DNA of 64,000 bases from Chrysemys picta bellii. Its lineage: Eukaryota. Within the stretch, counting starts at the first letter, position 1. Each line of letters starts with the position of its first letter. Both the position numbers and the translations under genes were made by a program. A model generated the notes under the pieces. That model worked only from the letters and a program-made list of their open reading frames with translations, searched no databases and was not told where the DNA came from. The DNA is taken from contig NC_088803.1 of the NCBI RefSeq assembly GCF_011386835.1, positions 29,078,001 to 29,142,000 on the forward strand, given 5' to 3'. Positions 44,746 to 59,000 of the stretch are shown here, one piece after another.

Positions 44746-45093
44746 TGTATAGTTCTGCCAGCCCCTTTGTGAAAAATATTTCCCGCATAATTTCAGCAGT
44801 CAATATTGAAGGAACAAAATGGACACCGTGTAGAATCAAGCACGTGGGTTCATTACGCACAGCGTTGGCGGAGTGTCACCTTGCTTATTAGGCTCAGAGA
44901 CACTGCCAAACAATTGATTACAGTGAATTATATGGATTTTCCATGGGCAGAGGGAAGTGACTGGGTAGGAGGTCCCAAGCCCCTGGATAGGTCTAGCAGC
45001 AAGACAAGATAAGCACAGTTGCCAATAGTCAAAGATTACATAATGTCTCCGCCCATGGTTTCAGGTTAACAAATAACATACAATTAGTACACA
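44746..45093. mobile_element. Possible solo LTR
   Basis: tgtat...tacaca boundaries and composition unlike the flanking intron; TSD not convincing. Confidence 0.3.
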
Positions 45094-47197
45094 GGTATTT
45101 TTCTTTAAACAATGTATAAACTGTATTAGTATAAAATATATATGTTGAATTCTGATTTGGGTCCATAGGAATGAAGTAGCTCCTCTGATTGTTCAACAGG
45201 TACATACCTTGGGATTAAAGCAGAAAAATATTGAAAAGTATATGGCAATAGAAATTGTCTTTCAAGTTGCTCATTTGTGCTTCTAAAGGCAGACACTGGT
45301 ATCTGGGAAGGGGAGGAGGATGCCATATCTCATACTGACATGCTTGAACCTCTTCCATAAACTCAGCGGTGGTGTGTGGGGAGTGCATGGTTACCTCCTT
45401 TTGCAGAGGAGTATACACAGTGCCCCTTTCATTCCTCTGGTCTATTTGCAGCTTCAGATAACAGTGCCAATTTCTGCTCCCCATCTGGCATTTTGCTGAC
45501 CATGCATATCTTAGTAAAAGCAAGGTTGTCTTTTGTTCTGCCTCTCTTAGCTAATATTGTTCACTGTTTACTCACGCCTAAATGATAGACCTATGCTGGC
45601 AAAACTTTGTAATGTAGACTAAGTCTTGTATTCAGGTGGTGGGGTGGGGAAAACAAGATGGTAATCAGAATGATGTCATTTTAAGGTTGTATACCTTTAC
45701 TTGGCAGAGCTAGACATGGATTTTTTTATAACATTAAAAAATTGCTAATCAAACTTTTCAAAAGTTTCAAACATTATTATTTGGAATTCTAGGCTTGGAG
45801 GTATGCATTAAACTGGCAGGCCCACATGGCGCCTTTTTCTACACGTGTGGTATTTCAGAAAACACTGCTAATTAGTTTGTTTGCTCCCTCCCCAAATCAA
45901 ATCTCCATGTACAGTAGAATTCTGCTACTTGTATAACCTCCTTACAAACATGCCTCTGCACGTAGGCTTTTCCTTTAAAGCTGAACTAAAATGCTTATTA
46001 CCTGCCATGGCCTGATTTCAGGGCTGTGTTTCTCCTGCAACACCTAAAACATAGTGAGGAGCTCATATTCTGTACTTATCTAATGTTGTCAAATTGCAGA
46101 AGACTGAATCTTGGTGTTAAGTAAAGGAGAAATGGATTTTCAACAGCATATGTGTATAAGTGTGTGCATATGTTCCTAAACATATTTTAACTGTGTGGGA
46201 TGATAATAATAAACATCCATATTTATTTACTTGGGGTGTAAACATTTTTCTTTTGCTGCAGTTTTGGCTCATATTTGAACAGGGGAACAGCTTTCACATT
46301 CATGTGCTGCCATACTTGTCTGGTGTACTCAGGCACATTTCTTAATTCATCCATTAACCAGTTAAACTATATTTGAGGGCCCATGGCAATAACCCAGGGA
46401 GTTGGGATTTATAATGGCTCATGATGGAAGTTTGTTTTCCTGTGGAGAAAACTACTTCCATTTTTTCCTCTCCAACTAAAAATAGTTTGTTTGTTTTTTT
46501 CCCCTCTCTGAATGGGAAAATAAATAGTCTAATAAATAACTGTACATATGTGGATGTTTTTAAGTATAGTTTTTGTTAAAGATGGAAGGCTCAGATTTAT
46601 TTAAAAATAAAAAGATAAATATTGGTATTTTAATTTTTAAACATGGAAAAATATCTGCATGAGCATTCCAGAACAGCCAGCAAAAGTAAGAAAAATTCTA
46701 ATTAAGGTAAAATGCAAATCTGGTTCTTCCGTGATAAGTTATCTTCCTTTGGGCATCTGCTGAAGAAACCTGTTTTTAAAATAATGGGAGGGGGGAAAAG
46801 CTTTTCTACTTTTGTTGTTATAATTAGTCATAGTAAATATATTATGCTGCTGTCCAAAAGCCCCACTTGGGTTTGGGGGCCCCTTTGTGTTAGGTGCTGT
46901 ACAAACACACAAAAGAAACAAGTCCCTAAAGAATATCAGATGAACACCTTAAATATTGTTTTTCACAGCAGGTAGGTTATGGTACACTTCAAAACATTCC
47001 ACTAGTATTCACATTAAAATAGATTTCTGGTGCTGAGAAAATGGTAAGAAATGATGGGTTTGGAGAGGGAATGATGAAGAATCAGATATGTTAAATTTGA
47101 GATTGAGGTGCCAAGAAAACAGACACTGCCACAAGATGTCCAACTAATTGGTTATTTGAAGCATAGTTAGTGAGAGGAGTAAATTTGCTGGAATTGA

Positions 47198-47311
<114 letters not shown>

Positions 47312-47384
47312 TAAGAATTTTTAAATCAGTTGAATAATTTCAAATGGATTTTTAATGTGTTATAATTATTATTTTAGTTGAGCG

Positions 47385-47936
47385 CTAAGTTCCCTCTAAG
47401 CGCGGCCGTGCTGCAGGCTGTCAAGGACCGTGCATGCATGCAGCCACGGCCCGGAGAGCACAGAGGTAGGAGGTGGGTGGGGAGAAAATTGGGTCGTGCA
47501 GGGCTGCGGTGGGGAGAGGCACTTCTCCTCCGGCCCCATCCTCGGAGCTGCCGTGGAGAGGCAGGGAGAGACTCTCTCCTCCAGCCCAGGTGCTGCTGCT
47601 GCGCGGAGAGAGGGCTGGGGGGAATCCTCTCTACCCGCCGCAGCCCTGGGGCAGCCTGCACCCCAAACCCCTCATCCCTGGCTCCACCCCAGAGTCCTCA
47701 CCCCCAGCCAGAGCCTTCAGGCCCCGCACCCCAAGCCCAACCCTCTGCCCCAGCCCTGAGCCCCCTCCTGTACCCCCAAACCCCTCAACCCTGGCCGCAC
47801 TCCAGAGCCTCCAACCCTGAGCCCTCTCCCTCACTCCGAACCCCTCAGCACCATCCCCGCCGCACATCACCTCCATATTGGTGCACATAACAAAAATCAT
47901 TCCGCACATGGATATAAAAAATTAGAGGGAACATTG
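47385..47936. mobile_element. Non-autonomous hAT element, GC-rich
   Basis: TIR gttccctctaa / ttagagggaacattg; 8-bp flanks gttgagcg/gttgaaag (6/8); internal C-rich short repeats. Confidence 0.78.
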
Positions 47937-48285
47937 GTTGAAAGTGAGAAGTAAGAGGCATTTCTGACAACTGAAGCTTGGAGCGTACCTTGCTGCCCTC
48001 TATCGGCTTTTCAGACAAGACTCACTTAAAATGTAGAAAGTGATAAGAACTAAAGCAGAAATTATTAAAAGGAACATTGCTTACATAGCAAGAAAACAGT
48101 TAGGAAAATCCAAGTTAACAGCAACACCTCTTTGCAAAAAAACCCCAAACCAAACAAAAAACTGTTACCAAGTCAAAGACCAAATGGAAATGTTTCCATT
48201 AATAGAGGAAATTAAATAGAAATAGCCTTTTAAGCAACCCTGCCCTTAGGGCTTGTAATTCATACTTTACAGCATAGCAATAGAG

Positions 48286-48489
48286 CAGGGGTTCTCAAAC
48301 TTCATTGCACCGCGAACCCCTTCTGACAACAAAAATTACTACAAAACCTCAGGAGGCAGGGGACTGAAGTCTGAGCCCATGCGAGCGCCGCTAGCCTGGG
48401 CGGGAGGGGCCAAAGCCAGCTCTGGCGACCCCATTAAAACGGGATTGCAACCCACTTTGGGGTCCTGACCCACAGTTTGCGAACTGCTG
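48286..48489. mobile_element. Non-autonomous hAT (Charlie-like) MITE
   Basis: TIR caggggttctcaaact / agtttgcgaactgctg; 8-bp TSD caatagag/cactagag. Confidence 0.82.
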
Positions 48490-49483
48490 CACTAGAGCAT
48501 GAGAACCCAAAAGTTAAATGTACTTGTCTTTTTTAATTATTTATTTATTGTCCAAGCTGAAAGAACTGCATAAAGTAGACAGGCAGCATAAATAACACAC
48601 GTTAGGATTTTTTTTTTAAACTATCTGTCAGATTATTAAGATGACGGTAGAGTGGAACTGAAGTTCCCTTAAAGAAGGTGGAGTATTTCTATATATACCT
48701 TTAGTTTATGAAACATAGAACTTGAGGGAAATGTGCAAGCCTCCTGTTAGGAAATAATACAAATAAATAATAACTACAAACTACTGCTCAAAAGCTCTTG
48801 GCCTCCTGGTGAGGCATGCAATACCTTCAGAGTGACTGTGTGGAAACAATATGCTCTGAGAGCAAGAGTTACTGCAGGGATGTTACCAGTCAGATCCTCC
48901 AGTTATCATCCCAGGGACTTCCAGCAAAGTGTGAAATGAGAACCCCTGATATTTTTGATGGTTAAATTTACCACACAATGTTTGAAGCCATCCTAAATGA
49001 TAATGGGTCAGTATAAAAGGAACAGTATTATTTTGCTTTTGCTTTGAAGTTATCTTATCAGTTCTTGGCAATTTTTTCAAAGATCTGTGCAGATATTAAT
49101 GGAATGGTGATATCTCTGACATGCTATTCTTTCCTCTTTCTGACTTCCATTATTATATGAATAATAGCAAATACTGTTTAATAAAATTACTGAGATTTTT
49201 TTTTTTAAAAAAACTGGTTATACTGTCAAACAAAATTCTGCATGTTGAGGAGAGAAAACATCCAGAAACTTTACCAGCTTTCTTCAGATTTCTATTAGCT
49301 ATTGGAATTTATCAAGCTGATATCGATTATTCTCAATTGTGGTATCTGGCATTAAAATTTAAGAGTAAAGCCAAGTAGAAACAAATCAAACAGAAAATTC
49401 CTCAGAGAAATCACCACAAATTTTCCAGAATTTCTGCTAATTTGTGTTGTCCCTGTCCATGATCAGTTGACAGAATGTATTAA

Positions 49484-49651
<168 letters not shown>

Positions 49652-50416
49652 TAAGCCTTTATTCAAGAAGACAAACTATATTACACTGAGCTTTTTTAGA
49701 TATGCGTCATTTAACAGGTATTGCCAAGTATGTTTTTTTTTTGCAGCAGGTTTTTGGCATACCAGTAGAGCTTTTAATTTCCCATATTTCTTCTACTGAG
49801 GATCTTCAACATTCTTGAATGTTCTCTTCCCCCTACATATGCCATATTTTGAATGCTTTACAATTCCTAATCCTTGAGGCCCCTCTGATGGCTGTGATCT
49901 TTCCAGCCAAGTACTAGATAAGACTTTTTGGCCTCTAACTAAGTCACTCAGTCAATAAAAGCTATTGTGCTTATGCTGTGTCCTCCCTTCTCCTTCTGTG
50001 TGTTTCAGTGTGCAGGTAGATGCAAATTCAGGCCTTTAATATATTCTAGCATTCTGAGAACCAGGATTTGGATGTATGTTGAATTGACATGCTAACTTAT
50101 GTCAGGTTGGGTGGAAATAGATTGGAATTTGGGGTTGGCATTTAGTTAATTTGTTGAAAGAATTTTCTTGTTAACTTTGGTCAACAAGACATCTTTTTTT
50201 TTTTTTAAATTGCATATGAATCCAGAATCTTTCGAATAGGTGCATTTTGAAAGTTAAAAATAAATTTAAAGTAAATTAATCTTAAAGATTTAAAAAAAAG
50301 AAAAAGAAAAAACCTTCTGTGAATGATGGCCTTTCCGAAGCATTCACCCAATTAGAAAAACTGGTTTGTTTAACCAGCCAGGTAAACCACAGAGCTTCAT
50401 AACTGTAGTATTTTGA

Positions 50417-50566
<150 letters not shown>

Positions 50567-51103
50567 TAACCTTGGAAATGGCTTTGTTGAAATGCATCTT
50601 CTAAAGCTGCATCGAAACAGCTTCAGCTGGGACCATTTTAAAACATCATTTGAAGCAATTTAGACTAATACAGTTGGCCAGCATATGCTTTAAAACTCAG
50701 TAGCTACTAGACGTCAACATGGTTTTAAATTTTTTTAAAACAAAGAAGGGTTCAGTTTTGTCTTCATCGGTGATTTTTGTAGTAACATTTCTAAAAGGCT
50801 CAATAGAAGAGCCTATTTCTGCTTTGCTTGTACAGAAGTTTGCCTGAAGGCATTTAATGGATTTCAGTGTAGATAATGTGGAGTTAGTTTCTGCTTTAAT
50901 TCCATACTTGTAAGGCAGAAAATCAAAGTCTTCCTAAGTATTTTTGTACTTCGATATAGCCTTGAAGCATCAAACAAATGTACTGTGTGGCAAAATTCTG
51001 GTGATTAGATATGCATTTTGATATGCAGGTCTTTATATTCCAAACCTCCCACATGTCAAGAGAATAAATCCCTTGGTCTTTAGCATAAGACCAAAAAATC
51101 TTA

Positions 51104-51406
51104 AGCTATGTCTATACTAGAGACCTTACAGCGGCACAGCTGTGCCACTGCAGCTGCACCACTGTAAGGTCTCCCGTGTACCTGCTCTATGCCAACGGGA
51201 GAGAGCTCTCTTGTCGGCATAATAAAACCACTCCAACGAGAGGCCATAACTATGTCAGAGGGAGATTGTCTCCCACTGACATAGCACTGTACACACTGGT
51301 GCATCTGGTGGTGGTGAAACTATGTTGGTCAGGGTTTTGTTTTGTTTTTTTCACACCCCTGACCAACAAAAGTTATACCCACAAAAGTGCTGGTGCGGAC
51401 ATGGCC
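51104..51406. mobile_element. Harbinger/PIF-type MITE
   Basis: agctatgtctatacta / tggtgcggacatggcc ends with TTA on both sides. Confidence 0.83.
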
Positions 51407-51454
51407 TTAGACTCAAAGGATAACATTTCAAAAGTGTGAAGTGACTTAAACGCC

Positions 51455-51745
51455 TGAGAAGCTGTCTACAGGAACAGATAGTTTGCAGCAATCTGCAGTG
51501 TGAGCTACCCCTACTGACCTGCCAGGGACTAGCTGCCTATATGAACCCTGCTGATGTGCATTAACAGTTTGTTAATGTGCTTTGATTTAGTCTTATTTGA
51601 AAAGGAACTAGATCAAAGCGCATTAACAGGGTGTTAATGTGCATCAGCAGGGTCTGCAAGAATAGTTAATCCACACCAGGCTAGTGCAGGGTAGATCACA
51701 TCCCCTCTTGCCAGGAACCAGTTGTTCATGTAGGCAGGCCCTCAG
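51455..51745. mobile_element. Older palindromic Harbinger-type MITE
   Basis: Central hairpin accctgctgatgtgcattaaca...tgttaatgtgcatcagcagggt; degraded gtctaca / tgtaggcaggccc ends. Confidence 0.6.
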
Positions 51746-51767
51746 CCTCATTGACTTTCATAACTTA

Positions 51768-52041
51768 GGCCAGGTCTACACTACAGAACTATGTTGGTAT
51801 AACTGTCGCTCAGGGGTGTGAAAAATCTGCACCCTGAGTGATGTAGTTATACTGACCTATCCCCCCGTAGGTTGTCCTATGTCGACAGGAGAGCTTCTCC
51901 CATTGATATACCTACTGCCTCTAGGGGAGGTGGATTAACTATGCTGACGGAAGGAGGTTTCCCGTAGGCATAGTAAAGTCTTCACTAAAGCGTTACAGTG
52001 GCGCAGCTGCACCACTGTAGCACTTGAGTGAAGACAAGCCC
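51768..52041. mobile_element. Harbinger/PIF-type MITE
   Basis: ggccaggtctacacta / gagtgaagacaagccc ends with TTA on both sides. Confidence 0.85.
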
Positions 52042-52047
52042 TTAGGC

Positions 52048-52371
52048 CAGTGGTCCCCAAACTGTGGGATGCACCCCCTGAGGGGAACATCTTGGGGGTG
52101 GGGGGAAGGGGAAAGCCAGCCTCCATGGGGGGTGGAGAGGGGAGCATCACCCAACTCTGCTCCAGTCCCTGCGCACAGCCCAAGCTCCGCTCCCAGTCCA
52201 AGCCCTGTTCCCAGCTGCAGCTCGGCCCTCTGCTCTCGGCTGCTAGCTCCTGACTGCAGCCCCCAGCCTGGCCACGACTTCGCTCCCAGCCCGGGGGAGG
52301 GAGTATGGACACATTCCATTCCGGGGGGGGGAAGGGGAGAGTGCACAAGAAGAAAAGTTTGGGCACCACTG
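52048..52371. mobile_element. Non-autonomous hAT element
   Basis: TIR cagtggtccccaaact / agtttgggcaccactg; perfect 8-bp TSD ccttaggc (52040-52047 and 52372-52379). Confidence 0.88.
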
Positions 52372-52834
52372 CCTTAGGCTCATAAGTCGCTCAGAATCTA
52401 CTTTGAAAATTAACAGAGACATTGGCATCAATAATTTTGCAGATGGTATTTTTTGTGAGGAAAATAAGTGTAAATATAAATCAGTTTAAAACTGTGAACA
52501 ACTTTCAATAAAAATTGTGTGGGAAGTTTCTCTTGTTGAGAACGGATTATAGATCTAGGAAAATTATCACATGGTGCTAGGTTATTATATTAGAACCCAT
52601 TTAAAACTATATCTTGGGATCATATATGTCATAGTGAGATCAAAAGCAAATTATTACTTTAATATAAGCGTAGTGCCTTAGGCCCCATTGTGCTAGTGGT
52701 GTACAATGAACAAAAGGACAGTCCCAGTTCTTGGGAATAAGTTAAAAACTCAAAACATTGATTTTGTTTTTCTGTTTCATACAGGACAGACAGATTCTCC
52801 AGTCCCTTTTCTAATTTCTGTTAATTTTGTTTGA

Positions 52835-52984
<150 letters not shown>

Positions 52985-53392
52985 TAACACATGCTTGCTT
53001 ACTTTGTGTACAAAGTGGTACAGGGCAAATGTTTTGAACTTTGTAGCTGAACGATAACATCACCCTTAATCTTTTGATATCTCATTAATGATGGTTAAAG
53101 TGATGATTTAAAAAAAGCACTCGTTATGCTATTCCTGGAGCAGATTCATAATTGGATACACAAGGCAATGTTAAAAACTTAGCATACAGCTATCATCTCT
53201 GTTTGGTGCTTGTGTGTGTCAAAAAGATTACATCATAATTGTTTTGCCTTTCTTCTGCTGCTCTCACAAGCACACATGTATCATTAACTGGTGTTTTAAT
53301 TATTCAGGTTTGCTATGCAGAAAACCACAGTCTTTAGTTGGAAATAAATCCTTTTAAAGAATATTTAAAAGGCTTTTAAGAAAAATAAATCC

Positions 53393-56265
53393 TCCTTCGA
53401 ATGATAGTGCACATGTATTCCACTTCTGGCATGCATGCATATTCTTTTGGCCAGCAGTGTCTGTGGGGGCCACACCTGCACCTTAGACAGCCTTCCTTCC
53501 TTCCCCCTCTCCCGGAAAAAAACACTTGATGGCATAAAGGGCAGAGAGGACCCAACCACCCTCAATTCCTTCTTTCTACCTGTAGTAATGAGACAGAACT
53601 ACTACAATATCTCTTTCTTGATGCACTGTATTTTATTTTTCTCTTGGGTAGTTATCAGTTAGTACAGTTTTCCTTGTTATAATGTCCAAAGCCATTAAAA
53701 AAAAAAAAAAGGGCAATTTTTTTTTCTTTTAGGTTGAGGGACAGTACCTGGTACCAGGGTCTAGCTGCTATGAATGAAACACAGTCTCCAGCATTCAAAA
53801 TCTGCTGTTTTTTGCCTTGGAGAGGGGCCCATCCCCAATAAATGCTCGATCTGTCACTCCTTCTCCAAGAAACCACAGAAAGCAGGAGGTCCATCTCAAA
53901 CTTTTTCTTCTAGAGTGCTCAATGAATGCCTTCTCAAGACTTGGTGGGCCCTTTCTTCTCAGCTTCTAAGAGTCTTCTTCATTTAGTGCTCCTGTTAGCT
54001 GTAGCTCAGCTCCAAGCTCCCTGGCTCACTCTTCATTGAAGAGATCGAACCCTTTAGCTGCTAAGACCTCTTCCATCCAGTCATCAGAAAGGGGAAGGAG
54101 TGCAGTGAATGCAGACCTAGGTCACCATCTCTTTGCCTCCTTTTAGAAGGTACCAAAACTTCACCAAGCTTCTGTTTCACCTCATGCTGCAATTCACGGT
54201 CCAAACTGAGTCTCTCTGATGCCTCAGCAAGACCAGTCTCAGCAAGTACCAGGTATCTACGGTACTACTCGAAACTACTACTTACCCTAGGACTTCAGAC
54301 AGGGTATCTCCTCTTTTGGAGGAAAAACTTCCTGTCCTTCTGAACATAGCAAGGAGTTATTCCCCATCCATTCACCTCACAGTCACTCTTATGAGCCATA
54401 CTGGTCTGAGAGGGAATCCAGGACTCTCCATTACAAACATAGACCTCAGGGGTCTCCTGGGGAATATTGACCATGTTATCCAACCCTATCGCCCCCAGCC
54501 CATTACCTCTGCAATATATAGTCTTTCTTTTATTGGGCTCCTAGGGGTATGCAATTTCCTTCTCCTACAGGATGATGTAGGTCTGCTCAAGAGGACCAGT
54601 TTGTACAGTCCCATGCCCTGCACTGGCAAAATCATAATAGCAACAAAGAATACCTGCGGGATACGGAAGGGCAATTGATTCCAGTAGCCGCATCCTCTTC
54701 CTTACCAGACAAGGCAGTAGTCTCTTCTGTTCCTAGCAAGCCTGAAGATTTTAAGATTTTTCCAGGACCTTTGTCATATGATAGAGATCTTGGAGATTCC
54801 TGTGGAGGTAGTTCAAGCAAATCCCCAAAATTAATGGACATTCTGCACTCTTCCATACCTGGTAGACTTGCTATGCCTGTTAATGAAGGGATATTGGAAT
54901 TGGCAAAAAAAAAAAAAAAAGCCAACTGTGGCAGACCACAGAATCTGTGGTATCCATGTCTTAGAGAGCAGATAGATATTGTGAGATCCTCTCCCAAGGG
55001 GCTGAATATTTCTACACCCACCCAGTTCCGGGATCCCTAGTAGCGGTGGTGGTGCACAGAGGGTCCAAAAACTAAGGGCCAAAAACAAAAATAACACAAA
55101 GAAACTTGCTTTGTTTGGAAGGAAGACGTATTCCTCTGCAAGTCTGCAGATGTGTATTTCAGACTATCTGGCACTTCTGTCAATGACTACATCAGTTGGG
55201 GCAAGGTATCACAATTTTATAGGATAGCTCTCCCAAGAACGTAGAGAGGGTTTGAAATCCATTTTGTCCGAAGGTCACCCCAAACATTGCTGAGGCCGTT
55301 ACGTGCTTATGATACGGCAGCATGTTCAGTGGCTACTTCCATCAGAATGCACAAGGCTTCATGACTCCATTCTTCTGGAATACCAAACAAGGTCCAAACA
55401 ACGATTGAGGACCTCCCATTTGAGGGTTTGTGACCTATTTAATGCCCATACTGATGAAGCCTTGCATTCTTTGAAGGATTCAAGAGCCACTCTCTTCTTC
55501 TTGGGACTACATGCCAGTGTCTAGTAGCAGGAAACAGGCCAGATCCCGAAGCTTCACGAGACAGAGGCCCTTTGCTTATTACTACAATCCAGAGAGGACA
55601 CTGAAGCCACCAAATAGGAAGCAGACGATCCAATGCCCTTCTGCCTCTTCCTTCTCTACTGTATGCCCCATGTGTACTTGACAGCAGTAAGTTGGACCCC
55701 ATTGTTGAGATCTAGTCAGAACCATTCCAAGATCTCTTTTCCCCCATTTGGCAACTGCCATTTTATTTTGGGAAGCCTGCACTCTGATTACCTCAGACCG
55801 GTAGGTCTTAGAAATTATAAGCAAAGGGGTATTCTATTCAGTTTCAGTCACTACCCCCACCCTCTTTCCCCATCCATCTTCAAGGATCCCTCTCACAAGA
55901 CATTATTAAAACAAGATGTGGACTCCTTTCTAAATTTCAGAACGGTGGAAGATGTGCTTGTGGAATTCAGAAGGAAGAGGTTTTACTTCCATTACTTTTT
56001 AACCCCAAAGAACAAGGGAGATTGGGACATGCTACTATATTTGAGAGATCTCAACAAGTTGAACCATCACTTCAAATTCAGGATGGTGACTCTGGCCACC
56101 CTAATTCCCTCCTTACATCTCCAAGGCTGGTTTGTGGCTCTTGGTCTGCGAGATGCCTATTTTCACATTTTGACTCACCTGGCACACAGAAAATACCCCG
56201 GATTCCAAATAGGAGCTTCTCACTACCAGCCCTGCGGTCTTTCAGCAGCACCAAGGATTTTCATT
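53393..56265 (+). mobile_element. DIRS-type retrotransposon 5' half (terminal repeat, gag-like ORF, N-terminal RT), 3'-truncated
   Basis: Start cttcgaatgatagtgcacatgtattccact resembles a DIRS left end; gag-like CLGEGPIPNKCSICHSF; RT FYFHYFLTPKNKG...LRDLNKL...FKFRMVTL...LGLRDAYFHI. Confidence 0.85.
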
Positions 56266-57037
56266 AATAACAGTTGAATTTTGTGGAAGTATAGAATTTA
56301 ACATCACAACTGCCGACAGCTAGGAAAGCTTTTAAAATGTGGCTTTCATTCCAAATTCAAGGTCTCATGGGAGAGCAAACAGTGGTTGTCTTTGGACAAA
56401 GATTTATATGAAATCACCACATCAACTGGATTGTTGTGAATGTCTGCTGTCTGACCAAATCAGCACAGTCACAAATTTGGTATTATGCCAAAAATAGCAC
56501 TAAGGACATTGCTTTTTAGCATCCAAGTTTCTTCTTGGTACCAGAAAGAAATATGGCCTGTATGCAAAGATTAATTTTATCTTGAAAATTATAATACATC
56601 TACTTGTGGGAGGAAACTGTGGAATGGAAAATGTGAATTTGTAAACACATTTTAAAGAATTTATTTTGTGGCTTTTTTAGTTGTTTAACATGTCTGTTAG
56701 AGACTTCTCTCCTATTCTTCCTGGCTAGCTTACCATTTAGTGAGACATATTGGTGGTGCTCAATAGCCCTGTTTTTTCTTTTTGGATTAGCTACTGATTT
56801 GGGGTCCAGATTGTCATCCTTTTTATAGTTGAAAGACTATACTTGAGAGACTAATACATTCCATTTAACAATTCTTATATTCCTTTCTGTCTCACTTACT
56901 TTTACCCCTTTCATCTTCTAATCTGCTAGATAGAAATATATTTCTGCCAAGTCCTCAAACATTTCCTGAAATGTTGCTTTATGCACTGCACCTAATTCAC
57001 TTCATGGTCAATGAAAATATGATTTCCACACTATTGA

Positions 57038-57196
<159 letters not shown>

Positions 57197-58381
57197 TAAA
57201 CTAAAGAAATGTGTGTTTCACATAACGAATCAATCTGAACACCTCGTTCTATGAATATCTGGTGTGGAAGTTTCTCACAAGGAGATACTTTGTTTGCTGT
57301 ATTTTTAAAATGCCAATGAGAGTTTTTTCCCCTCTCTCTACATATCCTCACCTCTGCAGCTCTAAAATGCATTGTCAAAACTATTGGAGGAGGATGTGTC
57401 TTCCTGTTTGAATATATATTAAGTTTAAAGTGCCTCAATAAAGTTTAGAGCAAGCATTTATGCAACTCTGCACAATAACTCATAAGACAAAACCATGAAC
57501 AGCAGATTAGAGATTTATTGAAATAATGAATAAGAAAGCATTTTATAAGTATTCTCAAAGTTTGTTCCATGTGCAAGTCTTTTTATAGTACTTAAAATGA
57601 ATATGTACATACTACTTGCAGATCTGTTTTTGCTATACTTTGTTTTTTTCATAATCAGCATTACGAATTAACCTTATTTAGTATTGTCAGTGTGATGTAA
57701 AATGCAAGATGACAATATTGTGAGGAGAAAGACAGTAGTATATTTCATGCGATTCACTCTTTAACCTGGAGATTATACTTGAATTTTAATTTTGCAAATA
57801 AAACACACATGCTTGCTACCAGGAAATTCTAATTTGTATTTAGTCTTACGGTTAAAAAGTGAATTCTTGAACTAACAATCCCAGCAAAGAATTGGAAACA
57901 AGTTGTAGTATAATATGGATACCTCTTCCACAAAGGGTGGTGGTAATAATTTTTTTTAAAATATGAACCTGTCAGAATTGATCTCTACCAGATTTCCTGC
58001 TTCTCTTAGAGAAGCAGCACTTGTAAATACCCGTCACAGAGAAAATAAATTAACTTTCTAAACGAGAAATGCTCGCTGAACTTAGACACCCAGGCATATG
58101 TTAATGGATACAATAAACTACATCTGAAGCTTAAGTCAGTGATGACCTCATTTGAGAACTAGCCAACTCTGGACATTAGATATTCTACATTTTTGAGCTG
58201 CATCAGTTAACCATGTAGCATACTGACACCTACTGCGTGCTAGCAGTAGGTAGCTTAATAATTTTCTAGATAGGCCAGTTTTAACAGTTGAGCACCAGCC
58301 AGTCCCTAAAATAATTTTTAGCATATGTAGTAGCAAGAATACTTTCTAATGTCATCCCGTTTTCTTTTGAAGTGTTCATGA

Positions 58382-58621
<240 letters not shown>

Positions 58622-58865
58622 TAGTTTAAAACACAGCAGTTGTTTCAAATCAAGAGATGAACTATTTAGTGCTTTGTTGCCAGATGGCTGGCTGTAACAG
58701 CTAATGCATTCAGATCGCATTTTGAGGTGTGCCAATAGTAGTGATGGTATTACAGAACAGCTTACAACACCTTTGGGCTCCAGGGTTTATTTGATACGTT
58801 ATATTGGAATATTAGGTAACCAAGCCTCCTTTGGATCATTCCTTGTCCGTTTTCATGTTTTTTAG

Positions 58866-59000
<135 letters not shown>

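Noticed and set aside
47374-47909. Several overlapping 92-170 aa Pro/Gly-rich ORFs on both strands
   Set aside because: They lie inside a GC-rich non-autonomous hAT element. Stop-poor low-complexity sequence explains them, and they contain no domain motif or splice support.
51935-52431. Overlapping 62-144 aa ORFs
   Set aside because: They fall in the GC-rich hAT/MITE cluster and are compositional artefacts.
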